From a virus, in IMG/VR virus record IMGVR_UViG_3300041956_000050, positions 32,001 through 96,000 of that record: DNA of 64,000 bases; one strand, given 5' to 3'. The translations under genes and the position numbers were made by a program. Shown piece after piece: positions 39,954 through 52,190 of the stretch (its first letter is position 1; every line of letters begins with the position of its first letter). The notes beneath the pieces are model-generated. The model did no database searches, was not told where the DNA came from, and worked only from the letters and a program-made list of their open reading frames with translations.

Positions 39954-40929
39954 TGATCCTCCATTGGGTAGCGGTCTGCGATTTCCTGATCAGCATGGCT
40001 GTCAGTGTCTTCTGTGAACAGATGAACAAGACGGCCGTCGCCGGAGGCCGCATGATCGGCGGCGCAGACGGGGCACATCAGGTTGGCACTGGTGATCTCG
40101 GCCTTGTCGCCATACATGTCAGGCAAGACGTACAGAGCCGGGGCACCGCAGTCATAGCAGTTGCCCTTGCTGTCGTCCCACGTGAACTCAACCTTGACAA
40201 GACTCATGCTGTCTCTTTCTCGTGTTGTTCTTTGGCCTCTATCACGGCGGTCTGCATCCAGCCGTCACCGATGTAGTCCTCAACGATCTCGTAGATCAGC
40301 GAAGCCACGTCGTTGTGACCGGCGTCGGCGTAGCGCAGCGCCAGCACCAGATAGTCGCGACCCCACTTGAGTGGCTTGACCTTGCCATTGCGCAGCGAAG
40401 TCACGTCGATGTCCAGTACGTTGACGATCCCGAAGGTGTTGATCTCGTTGTCGTGATCGGGATCGCGCACGACCACGACAATCGGCTTGCGGATCTTGCG
40501 CGCCGTCATGACAGAAACTCTCCGTTCCAGTGCTTGACGATGTTCTCGACGCTGACCCAGGCGAAGTCCGCCCGCTTGCCATCCGGTATCTGTGCCACCG
40601 TGGCAAAGTCGTTCTTGATCCCGCAGATGACAGCACGCTTGCCGTCGAGTGTGACCTCGTTATCCGCAAGCTCGCGTCGTCGCTCGATGGGCATGATGTC
40701 AGTCACTTCTTCTGTTCCTCCACGGACAGGACTTCCTCGATATCGGCATTGCCTTCGGTGAACTTGGCGATGTTGCCGGAGGTGACCATCTCCTCGGCGT
40801 AGACCTTGCGATCCTCGTCGTCCACCTGATTGACGGGGGTGTCGTTGTAGGTGGCCACATCCTTGTCAGTGAACTCGACAAGGTAGCGGCGCTCTGTCCT
40901 CTCGACAGTGTTGACTTCGTACACGTACC

Positions 40930-42441
40930 TCATGACTGCTCCTTCTCAAGCTCTCTGCGCATCCGGCGCTCGCGAGCGATCCTGATGCCTCGGGGGATGC
41001 TTTTCTCGGCCGGAGCCGCGACGTAGTTATCGATCCACGACAGCGACCCACGGTCGAGTCGCTCGATGGCGCGGGTGACGCTGACGTAGCTCAGCATGCA
41101 CTCGCTCTTGACAGGTCCGGACGGCGTACCGTCCTCGTTCATCGGCTCGCGGAAGTCCGGGCCGATCTTGACCGACTGCCACTCACGGCCCTTGGACTTG
41201 TGAGCGGTGCTGACGATCACGCTGGCGTAGCGCTCATCGACAGCTTTGTTGGCCACGTCCATCACCGTCTCGACACCGTAAGTGTCAATCAAGTTGACGA
41301 ACACCTTCAGGTCGGAGCCACCCTCGCCATGCACGTACTGACTGACCTCGGTCCAGTTCTTGAAGCCGATCAGTTCGGGGTGGTAGGTCTGCTCGCCGCG
41401 CATCAGATCGCGCGCTGCCTCAGCGAATGCGCGGATCTCGCCAGTGCCACCGACGATGGCCACCTGCTGATTGGCCTGCTGCTGATGCAGTGCCTCGGCC
41501 ACCACGCCTGCGTTCGTGCGGCACAGGATCGCCTTCGCCGTGTCAAGCATGGCGATCTCAGACGGGATCTCCTTGAAGCCCTTCAGCCGCAGCGGTGCGT
41601 CGATCTGGTCGAGCCACTTGTTGGCCTCGTCCGCAATGGCAGGGCCGAAGCGGAAGCTCTGTGACAGCGTGAGCTTGTGCGGGGCATCGAAGCGGTCCAT
41701 CGCGTCCTCAGCACCACGCCAGGCGTAGATCTGCTGCGCAGAGTCACCGACCATGATGATCTGTGCGTCCTGATTCTTGACAACTCCCTCGATGCAGGGA
41801 TTGGCGTCCTGCGCCTCGTCAAGAAGCACGACATCGAACGGCAGCTTCGGGTTGGACAGCGCCCACAGCTTGAGGTAGATGTCGTGCTGGAAGCGCAGCT
41901 TGCCGTTGGTGTCGATCAGGTCGTGCCACGCCTTGACGGCGTAGGGGGCGACCATCTCGGCAAGCTCGCGGAAGTAATCCTCCGCACCGGGAATCCACGG
42001 TACGTGCCGGGAGGTGATCTGTGCGTCGGCTGAGTAGCAGAACTTCTTCACCGTCTCCAGCGCCAGCAGCGCCAGCTTGACGGGTCCGTACTGCGCCTCA
42101 CCCCACGCCACGCCCTCCTTGATGCCAAGGATACTGGCACTTGCTTTGGCTGACACACGCGGTGCGTCGAGCCGGGACTTGAACTGCACGCCAACTGCGC
42201 GGAAGGCGAAGCTGTGCGCCGTAGCGGCAGTAGTGTTGCCGCCGAACTTCTTCTTGGCGTCACCAGCGATGGCGCGGTTGTAGGCGATGTAGCCAAGCTG
42301 CTCGTACTTCGGCTTGGCCCTGGCGATCTGCGTGAGGTTGGTCGTCTTACCGCAACCTGCTCCGGCCTGCACGACGATGTTCTCGCCGGTCAGACTGGCC
42401 TCGATGATCGCTTCCTGCTCGGGTGTTGGCTTGTTTGCCAC
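40930..42441 (-). CDS. UvrD/Rep-family SF1 helicase
   Basis: AGAGCGKT, DEAQD, VGDSAQQIYAWRGA, SFRF, STAHKSKGREW, YVSVTRA. Confidence 0.92.
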   Translation of the reverse strand: MANKPTPEQEAIIEASLTGENIVVQAGAGCGKTTNLTQIARAKPKYEQLGYIAYNRAIAGDAKKKFGGNTTAATAHSFAFRAVGVQFKSRLDAPRVSAKASASILGIKEGVAWGEAQYGPVKLALLALETVKKFCYSADAQITSRHVPWIPGAEDYFRELAEMVAPYAVKAWHDLIDTNGKLRFQHDIYLKLWALSNPKLPFDVVLLDEAQDANPCIEGVVKNQDAQIIMVGDSAQQIYAWRGAEDAMDRFDAPHKLTLSQSFRFGPAIADEANKWLDQIDAPLRLKGFKEIPSEIAMLDTAKAILCRTNAGVVAEALHQQQANQQVAIVGGTGEIRAFAEAARDLMRGEQTYHPELIGFKNWTEVSQYVHGEGGSDLKVFVNLIDTYGVETVMDVANKAVDERYASVIVSTAHKSKGREWQSVKIGPDFREPMNEDGTPSGPVKSECMLSYVSVTRAIERLDRGSLSWIDNYVAAPAEKSIPRGIRIARERRMRRELEKEQS

Positions 42442-43000
42442 TGCTTCGCTCCTTAGTTTCGGTCTATACGGGGCGTACTTCGGGGTGATCCTAGCAGGTT
42501 TGCTAGGCTCGGGGATCGCTGCCGTAGCCGTACCGCTCAGCGATGTGGGGCGGGATCATGCGGGCGAGATCCCAGTCGCCGTGGGCATCATCGAACGTGT
42601 CGTGATTGCCGTCATCCAGATCGACGCTGTACCACGTCGTATCCGGCAGCGGCTCACCGGTCACGCCATGCTTCTGGTCGCGATAGGTGTTCGTGGCGTG
42701 CAGCACTGTGCCCCACTGCATCGCGTAGTGGGAGAAGAACCTGTCGCCAGGCTTGAACTGCGGTTGCGTCTGTGTTGTCATGTCACCACTTGTTGAGGGG
42801 TCGGGGTTGCGCTCGAACCGGCGGTACATCAGGGAACGATGGAGGAGACGCTTGTCTCGAAGTTGTCGAGCGCGACGTGAGCCTCGTCCAGATGGCCCTC
42901 ATTCGCTTCGTCACTGTTGTCATCTTGCGCCGCTTGGACGGCATCAAGGGCAACGCGGACATCGTTGATCTTCTCCTCCAGCGCGTTGAGCAGATCCTCG

Positions 43001-43300
43001 TTACTCATCGTCTTCGCCCTCCTCGTTCTCCTCCGGAGCACCGTCAAGCAGCACACCGGGGAAGTACACAATCGTGTTCTGGCCCATCCCGTCCATGTTC
43101 AGACGGTCGGCCAGTTCGTGCGCGTTGATGCCCGCCTCGTTGAGATACAGCAGGATGTCGAACGCATCACCGATCATGTCAACACAGAAGCCGAAGCCCT
43201 CGCGGGCGAAGCGGCCGGTGTACTCGGTGCGGATCACCTCGTCCGGATCAAGGTCGGCCTGCTCAACGGCGTTGGCCACGTCTTCGTATGACAGCTTCAT
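43001..43300 (-). CDS. Hypothetical acidic protein
   Basis: AAGGAG SD; YTGR..DGMG..IVYFP. Confidence 0.6.
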   Translation of the reverse strand: MKLSYEDVANAVEQADLDPDEVIRTEYTGRFAREGFGFCVDMIGDAFDILLYLNEAGINAHELADRLNMDGMGQNTIVYFPGVLLDGAPEENEEGEDDE

Positions 43301-44247
43301 GTTTGCTCCTTGATTGCTTTCTGAATTGCGTCCCAGGTCAGTGGCGACGGCGAGAACGTGACGCCTTCGAGGTAGTCGCCATCAGGGTTGACCATTGCTT
43401 GTAGCGTGCCCATGTCATCGATCACGGTGACGAAGTTCCAGCCATCGTCGCCCGCTTCTTGTAGCTCGATCTTCACAGGCCCAGGATGTCGCCGTGCCGG
43501 ACATCCGACTCGACCTCACTGCACACCTCAGAGATCTCGCGCGCATCGAGGTAAGAGTAAGCACCGTTGTCAATCTCGTGGAGCACGTTGCCGAAGTGGC
43601 GGTCGTGCCACTTGTCCCACGCGCTGTCGTCATGACGGTCGGGCTTGCCATCGTCCTTGTTGACGAGCGCTGTCGCCTCCTCCACGGCAAGGCGCTGCAC
43701 GTAGTCGTACTCTTGCTCGTTGAGGCTCATCAGATCTCCTCGAAGAACTCACCGTCGTTGCCGATGGCGATCAACTCGTCAACTAGCTTGTCAGGAGCGA
43801 CATCATCAATGCGCTCGTTGATGACCTGGCCGACCATCGAGCCGTCGAACGCCTCGCGCATCGCGTGGCTCATGTCCTGCGGCGGATCGTCGGCGGTGTG
43901 ATAGACGACGTAGGTGTAGGTCGTCTTCTGTACGTGGGTCATCGCGCCAGCCTCACGTCAGCACGCTTGAGCATGTCCTCGTAGGCGCGCTCCTTGGTCA
44001 TGTCGTAGTGCCCGATGGAGCACATCGACTCGCCACGGTTGTTGATGTTGACACGATGCGTGCCACACTGATCATCGCGCTCCCAGGCGACGATGTAGAT
44101 GCGCTCCCAGTAGCGCGGGCCGGTCACCCGCACGTCCTCGTCAGTCATGACAAGGGCGTACACCTGAGCACCGCGCAGATTGTCACGGACGGCCTGCTCG
44201 ACGCGGGCCAGGTAGTCGTTCATCTCGAAACGTGTCATTATTCCTCC

Positions 44248-44745
44248 TTAGTAGTAGATGATCTGACCGTCGCTGGTGACGGTCGAGAAAACTGCGCTCA
44301 TCGACGTGGCGATGTCGTGCGCCGCTTGCTCAGTGCAGGGAAACTCGTTCTGACCACCACGGCCAGTAACGATGACAGTACCCTTGACTTGCTGATACTG
44401 CACCTGTGGCGGCTCAGGCAGCGCACCACTGGTGACGATCACCCGCCCATAGACCTTGCCGATATGGGGCCGGATCTCAGGCATCTTGTCAAGCAGGCCG
44501 TCCTCCGGCTCGATCCGCCAGGCTATGTCGCCACACTCGACACCATCCTCGTTCATGTAGTCGGATCGACGGGCGAGCGTCATGTTGTAGTCCGGCTCGG
44601 GATCGGTATACGGATAGATCGTCAGTGACGAGTAGTCCAGATCGAAGCCGAGTGCGTCGATGCTGAAACCGTTGTCAAACGCGCCTCTCCCTTGCGGATT
44701 GCGCTGCTCGTTGAAGTCAGCGCCCTGAAATATGACGGTAATCAT
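44248..44745 (-). CDS. Hypothetical protein
   Basis: ORF in operon. Confidence 0.55.
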   Translation of the reverse strand: MITVIFQGADFNEQRNPQGRGAFDNGFSIDALGFDLDYSSLTIYPYTDPEPDYNMTLARRSDYMNEDGVECGDIAWRIEPEDGLLDKMPEIRPHIGKVYGRVIVTSGALPEPPQVQYQQVKGTVIVTGRGGQNEFPCTEQAAHDIATSMSAVFSTVTSDGQIIYY

Positions 44746-44753
44746 GTTGTCTT

Positions 44754-45062
44754 CTATCGGGACCGCTGGATGTGGGCGTCGAACGTGTTGTAGACGTGGC
44801 GCATGGCCTGCGCGCACTCGTCCCAGGTTCGGATGCCCCTCGGGAACACCTCAGAGGCGAACCAGTCAAGCTCGTACTTCTCGACAAGCTTCTTGACGGT
44901 CGGGCGCAGCTTGCCCACATTGGGCAGGAACATGCCGTGGTTCGCCTTGAACTCAGCGTTCTGCGTCTCCACGAGCATGATGATCATGTTGACGGTGCGC
45001 GTCTCCCCACTGGGAAACGTCACGTCAAGGTCTGCCATGGGCAGGTTGCCGATGGTCGGCAT
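44754..45062 (-). CDS. Hypothetical protein
   Basis: GAGGAG SD. Confidence 0.6.
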   Translation of the reverse strand: MPTIGNLPMADLDVTFPSGETRTVNMIIMLVETQNAEFKANHGMFLPNVGKLRPTVKKLVEKYELDWFASEVFPRGIRTWDECAQAMRHVYNTFDAHIQRSR

Positions 45063-45065
45063 TTG

Positions 45066-45566
45066 TCACTCTCCTCGCTCGCGAGCGCTCTGCTCGCGGA
45101 CTTCGTTGATGGTTTCCTCGTCCAGCCACTCGCTCGGATCGAACTTGTCACCGAACGTGATCTCGCCGTACTCCACGATCATGTAGGCCACGTCGTCGTG
45201 ACTGTTGACGACGATGCCCATGTCGGAGTCGAGCGCGTAGTAGGTGATCGAGTCACCTGAGTTGTAGGACATGATGTGTGCCAGCATGATTGCCAGGCGA
45301 GCGCACGTCCGGGTGTCACTGCCGTAGCGGCCACCCGGTACACCCAGGTTGCCGTCCTGCATCAGAAACGCCATGGCGTGATCCATGAACACCTCCTCCC
45401 CGCCTTCCTCCTGGCCGGGGATCTCGGTCAGCATCGCGTTCAGGTTGTTGTCAGGACCAACGACAGGCACCGTGAAGCTCTTGTTGTTCCACGTCACCTG
45501 CGTCCACCACTTGGGGTTGTCCATCAGCCTCTCCAATTGCTGTTCTCGGTGTCGCGCCAGTCCCAC
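45066..45566 (-). CDS. Hypothetical protein (start uncertain)
   Basis: ORF in operon. Confidence 0.55.
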   Translation of the reverse strand: MGLARHREQQLERLMDNPKWWTQVTWNNKSFTVPVVGPDNNLNAMLTEIPGQEEGGEEVFMDHAMAFLMQDGNLGVPGGRYGSDTRTCARLAIMLAHIMSYNSGDSITYYALDSDMGIVVNSHDDVAYMIVEYGEITFGDKFDPSEWLDEETINEVREQSARERGE

Positions 45567-46333
45567 ATCATGGGCGGGCGCTCATCCTCGTCTTCGTCCT
45601 CATCCTCGTCGTCGTCATCACCGTTGAAGTGAGCCTCGACGCACTGCTTGAGCGCATCCAGGGTGAAGGGAATGCGCGAGCGATTCTCGGCATGATCCCA
45701 CACGTTGATTACGTCAACAGCATGGAAGTCATCCTCGTACATGCCGGACTGACCCTGCGGCTGTATGTAGCCGATGTCGATGTACTCGCCACCGTGCCAG
45801 CGGGCAACGATGCCCTCGTCCTCGTTGACGTACTGCATGTAGGCGTCACTCATGCTGACTCCTTCTGTGCGTAGTTGATTGGATACCAGCGGGAGCCGAG
45901 CGCGGTGAACTCCTCGGGCGGGTTGACAACCTCGTCGGTCCAACCCATGATCTCCTGCGTGGCCTGCCACTTGCCAGCGGCAAAGCCCTTCCAGAAGCCG
46001 TCCTCGGCTCCCTCGTGGTAGGCGTCGTTCTCACTGTCGATGGCGATGTCACTAATCCTGCGCATCAGTCATCACTGCTTCCATCGCGCTCGGTGATCTC
46101 CACGTCAAGCGGGACGAGGTGCGGCTTGGCGTTGCGGTGATGCGGCCACATCTCGAAGAACCGCTCCTTGTGCGCTGCCAGAAGCTCGCGCACCTTGTCC
46201 GGCGTCGGCGGCATGGCGATGGAGAACCGGTGGTCCTCCGTGTAGGTCAGCAGGTTGCAGGACGGGTCGCGGTCAGCGACCGCCGTGATACGGACGTTGA
46301 TATACATGATGATCCTTGTGTCGTCGTTGTTGT

Positions 46334-47443
46334 CTAGTAGAACCAGGGCTGAAGCTCGCCGGTTCCGCACACCGGGCAGTAGACCTTCGTGCCCTCGCTC
46401 GTCGGGTACTGACCCGGCTGCTCGATGACGATCCAGGGCTTCTCGCCCGGTGCCAGCACGCCGGTCGAGGCGTTCAGGAAGGCGGCATCGATCTTGTCAC
46501 CCTCGCGAGCGTTGTACTCGCTCAGCGCCAGCACCTCGTGGTCGGCGTAGTCGGAGCCGTTCCACTCGGCGCTCTCCTCGTAGCCACCGTTGCCGGACCA
46601 CATCGCCTGGCAGTCATGGTTGTCACAGCAGATGCCGTAGCGGCTCCAGTCGAACCATGACGGCGAGTCGCCCTCGATCCAGGCGGTGAAGGCGCGCGGC
46701 CGGGTGAACCCACCGCGAGCGTCAGCGCCACCGTGGATCATGATGAGCGCGATGCCCTCACCGTGGTCGATGGACTCATGCTCGAAGTAGATCCAGTGAA
46801 TGTCCTGCGACAGACAGTTCTCCTCGTTGTAGGTGTAGCCCTCGGCGTAGTCGCCGTCGCCATAGATGCCAGTTGCCGGATCGTAGCCGTGCATCTCGAC
46901 CCAATCCTCGGCCGTCATCTCGGACTCACCCTCCTCGCGGGTGGCGTTCCACTCGATCCGCTCCTCGTTCTCCTCGGCAGCCTTGATCGCCATCTGGCGA
47001 GCGTAGTAGTCGGGGAACTCGCGGTAGATCTCGAACCATGACGGACGGTCATAGCGGTCCTTGCCCTCGTCCATCTGCTCGGCCAGCTTGTCAAGCATGG
47101 CGTCAGCCTCGGCGTTGTACTCAACGGCTTCCTTGAGCCAGTGGTACACACTGTGGTTGACCCACAGTTCGGCCTGCGTGCCACCGTTCACCTTGTAGTC
47201 AGGGTCGCGGTGGCTCTCGTGCGGGCCAACGCACGGCCAGCCGAACGTGCTGACCGGCTGCGCCTCGAAATACTCGACGGCGGTCATGCGCGACGCACCG
47301 ACGGCGGCTCGGTTGCGCTGCCACATACGGCCGTTGGCCCCACCGCTGTCAAGCATGTGGGTGCCAGTGTTCTCCATCAGCATGTCTGCGATCACGCGAG
47401 CGTTGATGAAGTCGCGGACCTTGGTCTTCTTGATACGGGGCAT
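46334..47443 (-). CDS. Hypothetical phage early protein
   Basis: ENTGTHMLDSGG..R.WQRN, IHGGADARGG, C-terminal CPVCG. Confidence 0.75.
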   Translation of the reverse strand: MPRIKKTKVRDFINARVIADMLMENTGTHMLDSGGANGRMWQRNRAAVGASRMTAVEYFEAQPVSTFGWPCVGPHESHRDPDYKVNGGTQAELWVNHSVYHWLKEAVEYNAEADAMLDKLAEQMDEGKDRYDRPSWFEIYREFPDYYARQMAIKAAEENEERIEWNATREEGESEMTAEDWVEMHGYDPATGIYGDGDYAEGYTYNEENCLSQDIHWIYFEHESIDHGEGIALIMIHGGADARGGFTRPRAFTAWIEGDSPSWFDWSRYGICCDNHDCQAMWSGNGGYEESAEWNGSDYADHEVLALSEYNAREGDKIDAAFLNASTGVLAPGEKPWIVIEQPGQYPTSEGTKVYCPVCGTGELQPWFY

Positions 47444-47475
47444 CCCTTGTTCCTCGTCGTCGGTGTTGTCAGTTA

Positions 47476-47841
47476 CTAGGCGGCGTCGTCAGACTCGATC
47501 TCGTACAGACCGAAGTCGCCGTCGAACCACTGCCACGCATATCCCTCCGGGATGACCGGCGGGTTGTTCTGGCCCTTGATCGGACGGTCGATGCCGTCGT
47601 TGTCGCCACAGTTGAGCCAGTTCAGAGCCTCCTCGGAAAGCTCGATCACCGACTCGTGCGGGTACTCCTCCTCGTGGTTCCACTCGTCATACATGCCGAG
47701 CGTGAACTTCTCGAACGGGCCGATGATGAAGCCGAACTCAACAGCTACATCAATCATGTCGCGCACGATGTAGTGGCCACGGTGGTTGTCGAGCCAGCAG
47801 CCAGCCTGGTCGATAGTGATGATCGGTCGAATCTGTGCCAT
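47476..47841 (-). CDS. Hypothetical protein
   Basis: GGAGG SD. Confidence 0.6.
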   Translation of the reverse strand: MAQIRPIITIDQAGCWLDNHRGHYIVRDMIDVAVEFGFIIGPFEKFTLGMYDEWNHEEEYPHESVIELSEEALNWLNCGDNDGIDRPIKGQNNPPVIPEGYAWQWFDGDFGLYEIESDDAA

Positions 47842-47843
47842 GG

Positions 47844-48266
47844 TTAGGCGACCTCCTCCTTGGGATTGCTGCGGCGGAAGCTGCGGGCGAACTCCTCCGT
47901 CGCACTGGTCTGAGCGTTGACGAAGATGCGCCGCGCCCACGCGGTGCGGCTCTCGTTGGACACGTTGCACACCAGGCCGATGTGCGCGATGAAGTCCTCG
48001 TCGCTGACGAACCAGTCAACAGTGCCGGGACCATCGGGGTTCGGCTTGTAGAGCATCGCGCCGTGGATCTTCTCGATCACGCGGAAGCGGGCGACGAACT
48101 CGTCAATGTTGCTCTCGGTGATCGCGCCCAAACCGACGCTGATCGTGCCCCAAATGAGCGCGTTGGTCACCGGGTTCATGCGGCGACCGTGCGGCTCGCT
48201 GTCGTCCTTGATCCAGCAGACGCTCTCGTAGTCCTTGATCTTGTCGAAGCTGAAGTTGAGTGACAT
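47844..48266 (-). CDS. Hypothetical protein
   Basis: AAGGAG SD. Confidence 0.65.
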   Translation of the reverse strand: MSLNFSFDKIKDYESVCWIKDDSEPHGRRMNPVTNALIWGTISVGLGAITESNIDEFVARFRVIEKIHGAMLYKPNPDGPGTVDWFVSDEDFIAHIGLVCNVSNESRTAWARRIFVNAQTSATEEFARSFRRSNPKEEVA

Positions 48267-50472
48267 GATTGTTGTCTCCTTACCAACCGGGGCGACCCCA
48301 AATGGGGTTGCCGTTGTGATAGATGCATTGCAGTTGCTCGCGAGTGAACTCCCACTCGCCACGTCCGGCGTTCGGCTCACCGCGCCGGTACGCCTCGATG
48401 CTCCGGCACGTGACGATGCGGACCTTGCCGTCTTCCTCGTCAATTGCGATGACGTTCTGCATCGTGTCGAAGTGCTCACCCTCCATCCAAGCGAGATCGT
48501 GCTCGCGGATGACCTCCCACGTGGCCTCCAGGGTGATCGTCGCCGGTCCTGTACCCGGCACCATGATTTGTGTCAGCATTAGCGCTCCCTTCCGTCGTGC
48601 GTGCATCCAACCTGTCCGCACTGATGGCAGTAGTCGTCGTCTCCGATCACGGTCAGTTCGTCCACGTCCACGAAGTGAACAATGTCGTCACCAACCATGA
48701 TCGCCTGAACCATGTTGTCATTAGTGACAGTCTCCCACACGTACTCGAACTCGCCGTCGATCTCGTGCTCGACCTCACGTTCCTCCTCGACGTACCCGGC
48801 CAGCCAGAAGGCGATGCCGGGACCGAAGCGCTCGACCGTGTAGCGAGCGTCGAAGTCAATGTCAGTCATGATGATGCTCTCTCCATTCCTGTTCGATATC
48901 TCGAAGTGTTTGTAGTGCTGTCTCGTCCTCGGCCATCACTAGACCGACGGCCAGCCCGAGCAACATGCTGCCGCTACGCTCGGCGGACATGCCCCACACA
49001 TCGCACTGGTCGATGATGAGGCCGTGGTTGGGTAGCAGTCGCTTGACTGCCTCAGCCGGACCCCCACCCAATTCGCGGCCTGCCACCCCCACCAGATCCC
49101 ATGCCTGACGGAAGGTCATCGCTCAGGGTGATTGTCGCGAGCAGCAGCGTCGAGTGCGGCGATGCTCTCGTCACTGAGCCGGAAGCACGACGGCAGGCTG
49201 ATGCGACCGACGCCACGCTTGATACCGAACAGCGGCTCCCATGCCTCACCGTCATGCTGACAGTGAACGGCAACCTGTAGGTCGGCAGTGTTGACGACGA
49301 AGCCCTGTAACGGGCGCGTCTGTGTGATGTGTGCTATGTGAAGCATGTTTCCTTTATGGGTGGCGGGTGTAGCCGTAGGCGGCAGCCATGTCGCGCTGCT
49401 CCGGCGATGCTTCCAGCATGTTGACACACAGGAAGCAGAAGCTCAGCCCGTTGGGATACTCCCCATCCGGGCCGGTGCGGTGCGGTTGGCCAGGAAGCCA
49501 GCGGTCGCAGCCGTCACAGCACCAGTCGGCAGCGCGCAGATCCTTGCTGCCGCACATCCAGTCGCCACCGTTGGGCCAGTGCTGATGGGCGACAAGATCA
49601 ATGACATACTGTGCCTTGCGCTTGCCGCCGACAGTGACGTAGTTCGCCTCAGTGACGGTGCCGAGCGAGTCCAGCGACTTGCACCAGACGCGCTGGCCGA
49701 TTGCGTACAGGCTCATGATTCCTCCTCGGGTGCGTAGCACTGGTCGCTGCCGCACGGTGCGTAGGGTTCCACCGGCACCCCGCAGCGAGGGCACGGTTCC
49801 ATCTTGACAAGCTCGTCGTTGTCCATGAAGACAACTTCGTCGTGGCCATCTGGCAACGCCATTGACATTCGCGCTCCGGCCAGGATGATCGTGTAACAGC
49901 GCCCGCCGAGATCGGCAGCGCGGTCGCCATACTTGAGTGACGCCATCGCTAGAAGGGGATGTCGTCGCTGCTGACAGGAAGTGGTGCAGGCACCGGACGG
50001 CTCGCGCGGTCGGCATCGATGATGCGCTGAGCCTCACGGTACATCGGGTCGTCGGCGCAGCGGTAGCCGTCATACGCGGCGCTCCAGTCGCCAGGGTCGT
50101 AACCCATGGAGACAGCACCCATGCCATACTCGGCGCGCTGCTCACCTTCACTCTCGTGAGCCATGCTCACGTATTCGTATGCTTCGTCAAGAGTCATGCT
50201 GTCTCCGTCGTCGTCGGTTGTCGGGGTTGATACTACCAGATTTCAGGACAGGTCGTCCGGCTCGCTGTGGTACTCGTCGTTGAGCGCGATGCACTCCCAC
50301 AGCGTGCCCTCCCAGGCGATGAACCAATCGCCCTCGCGCTCGTCCTTGACCATCCACATGAAGCTGCTCGACAAGGTGCTGTCATAGGCGACCTTGCTCG
50401 CGGTGTCGGCGGGATACATCGTCCGCACCGTGTTCAGTGCGACCAGCATCTCGTGGGTTAGCGTTACTATTG

Positions 50473-50934
50473 TCATGCGTATGTGTCCACCTTCCTGACG
50501 GCGGCGTACATCTGGAATGAGCCGCCGACGCTCGCGTTGAAGTAGCCAAGATCGATGATCCGGCCATCGGCCAGCATCGTCTCAAAGACGGCGGACGGAT
50601 CGGTGCAGCCGTGCTTGGACAGCACGCCCTCGATGAGTCCGCGCCCGTAGCCGGTGCCGTTGGGGTAGCGGTTCTTGCCGCGTGCCTCAAGGTGTGCCCA
50701 ATCGGTGAACTGCTTGACCGGGCACTCATCGAGCAGCACTTCGTGAAGGAACGTCATCTGTCCATGATCGTCACCGATGTCCTCCAACTTGAACTTGCGG
50801 ATCGTGATGGTTCCGTCGTCATAGCTGACAAGTGTGACCATCTCGTCGGCGTAGCACACCCCCTTGGGGGAGGCAGCCGCCTCTTCGATGGCCTCGATCA
50901 GCAGCTTGCGACCCATCGGATGCAGGCTAGCCAT
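50473..50934 (-). CDS. Hypothetical protein
   Basis: AGGAG SD. Confidence 0.6.
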   Translation of the reverse strand: MASLHPMGRKLLIEAIEEAAASPKGVCYADEMVTLVSYDDGTITIRKFKLEDIGDDHGQMTFLHEVLLDECPVKQFTDWAHLEARGKNRYPNGTGYGRGLIEGVLSKHGCTDPSAVFETMLADGRIIDLGYFNASVGGSFQMYAAVRKVDTYA

Positions 50935-51337
50935 GGTAACTCCTGTTGTCGTTGATGTAGGCGATGATCTCGTCATCGTCACGGCCAAAGACCGGATTCT
51001 CGGTCAGGTCGGCGTGGCCGTCGTGGTGACCCCACACCTCACCCTTGACGGGCAGCACGGTGAAGTGCCGACCAGTGTCAAGATAGACGATGATGCAGTC
51101 ACCGTCGTGGTCGAACGGGCCACGGTTCTGCTCGATCTGTAGCAGGGTGACTCCGGCGACCTCGGCCTTGATCCGCGCAGCGAACGCCTCGACGTGCTCG
51201 CGGCGGGCGATCCGCAGCTTCACACTGTCGAGCATGGAGAGGGCACGCTCGCGCGCATTGTTCAGTAGCTCACGTTCCTCGGGGATGGCGCGAGCCTCAA
51301 GCTCCTTGACGAAGCTGTCAAAGCTGTTGTCAGTCAT
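50927..51337 (-). CDS. Hypothetical protein
   Basis: GGAGG SD. Confidence 0.6.
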   Translation of the reverse strand: MTDNSFDSFVKELEARAIPEERELLNNARERALSMLDSVKLRIARREHVEAFAARIKAEVAGVTLLQIEQNRGPFDHDGDCIIVYLDTGRHFTVLPVKGEVWGHHDGHADLTENPVFGRDDDEIIAYINDNRSYHG

Positions 51338-51668
51338 TGGCACTGCCTCCGATCTTGTTGAGGATGTGCGTCGGCTCGTCGCGCAGGATCTCGCGGTAGT
51401 GCAGCAGCGTGCCGACCGGATAGGTGGCGTAGTCGCTGGTCGTCTCGCGGTGCGAGCTACCCTCCACGAACCACTCCCCGAGCACCGTCTGGAAGTTGCG
51501 CTTGCTGTCGCCACTGACGATGACCACAATCTCGTGGCTCAAGCGAGCGTGCGTGTGGTACAGCACGTCCGGCCCGAACCGGCGCGTCAACTCACGGTTG
51601 ACAAGCGCGTCCTGAGCGAAGCTGTCGCCATCGTCACTGGTCTTGACGATCAGGTTGTACGAGTACAT
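51330..51668 (-). CDS. Hypothetical protein
   Basis: GGAG SD. Confidence 0.6.
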   Translation of the reverse strand: MYSYNLIVKTSDDGDSFAQDALVNRELTRRFGPDVLYHTHARLSHEIVVIVSGDSKRNFQTVLGEWFVEGSSHRETTSDYATYPVGTLLHYREILRDEPTHILNKIGGSAND

Positions 51669-51669
51669 G

Positions 51670-51942
51670 TCACACTCCGTAGTTGAAGATGTTGCCCGGA
51701 ACGGTGCAGTACGTACCGTCCTGCGAGCCGGTCTTGCGCAGCCATTCGCGCACGGTGGGGTGAAGCTCGACCGGGACAGTGAACCACTCCGTCGGGTCGG
51801 ACACGCCGTAGCGCATCTGACCGTGCTCCAGCGCGAAGATCATCGCCTCGTCATCGCGCATGTAGCTCGGCACGTCCACGCGGTAGATCCGCGAGTACGG
51901 CCCGTCACAGTCCGGCTCCCAGCTTGCGAGGAATTGCAGCAT
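51670..51942 (-). CDS. Hypothetical protein
   Basis: AAGGAG SD. Confidence 0.55.
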   Translation of the reverse strand: MLQFLASWEPDCDGPYSRIYRVDVPSYMRDDEAMIFALEHGQMRYGVSDPTEWFTVPVELHPTVREWLRKTGSQDGTYCTVPGNIFNYGV

Positions 51943-51947
51943 TGTTG

Positions 51948-52190
51948 TCAGTCTCCTTGTGCGATGTGGGCATCGAGCTTGTCAATGAGCAAGCAGACTG
52001 CCTCGGTGTTGAGATTGATCGCGTCGATCATCGTCTGATCGCGCGCCTTCTGTGATGAGCCGACCTTACCGGCCCACTGCATGAAACCGTGAGCCTTCTT
52101 GCGGATAGCGTCAGTGTTGGCGAAACGCTCACGCCGACGGTCGGCCTTCTCAGCCTGCTTTTCATCGTAGCTTTTGAACATTGTTGTCAC
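51948..52190 (-). CDS. Hypothetical protein
   Basis: ORF in operon. Confidence 0.55.
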   Translation of the reverse strand: MTTMFKSYDEKQAEKADRRRERFANTDAIRKKAHGFMQWAGKVGSSQKARDQTMIDAINLNTEAVCLLIDKLDAHIAQGD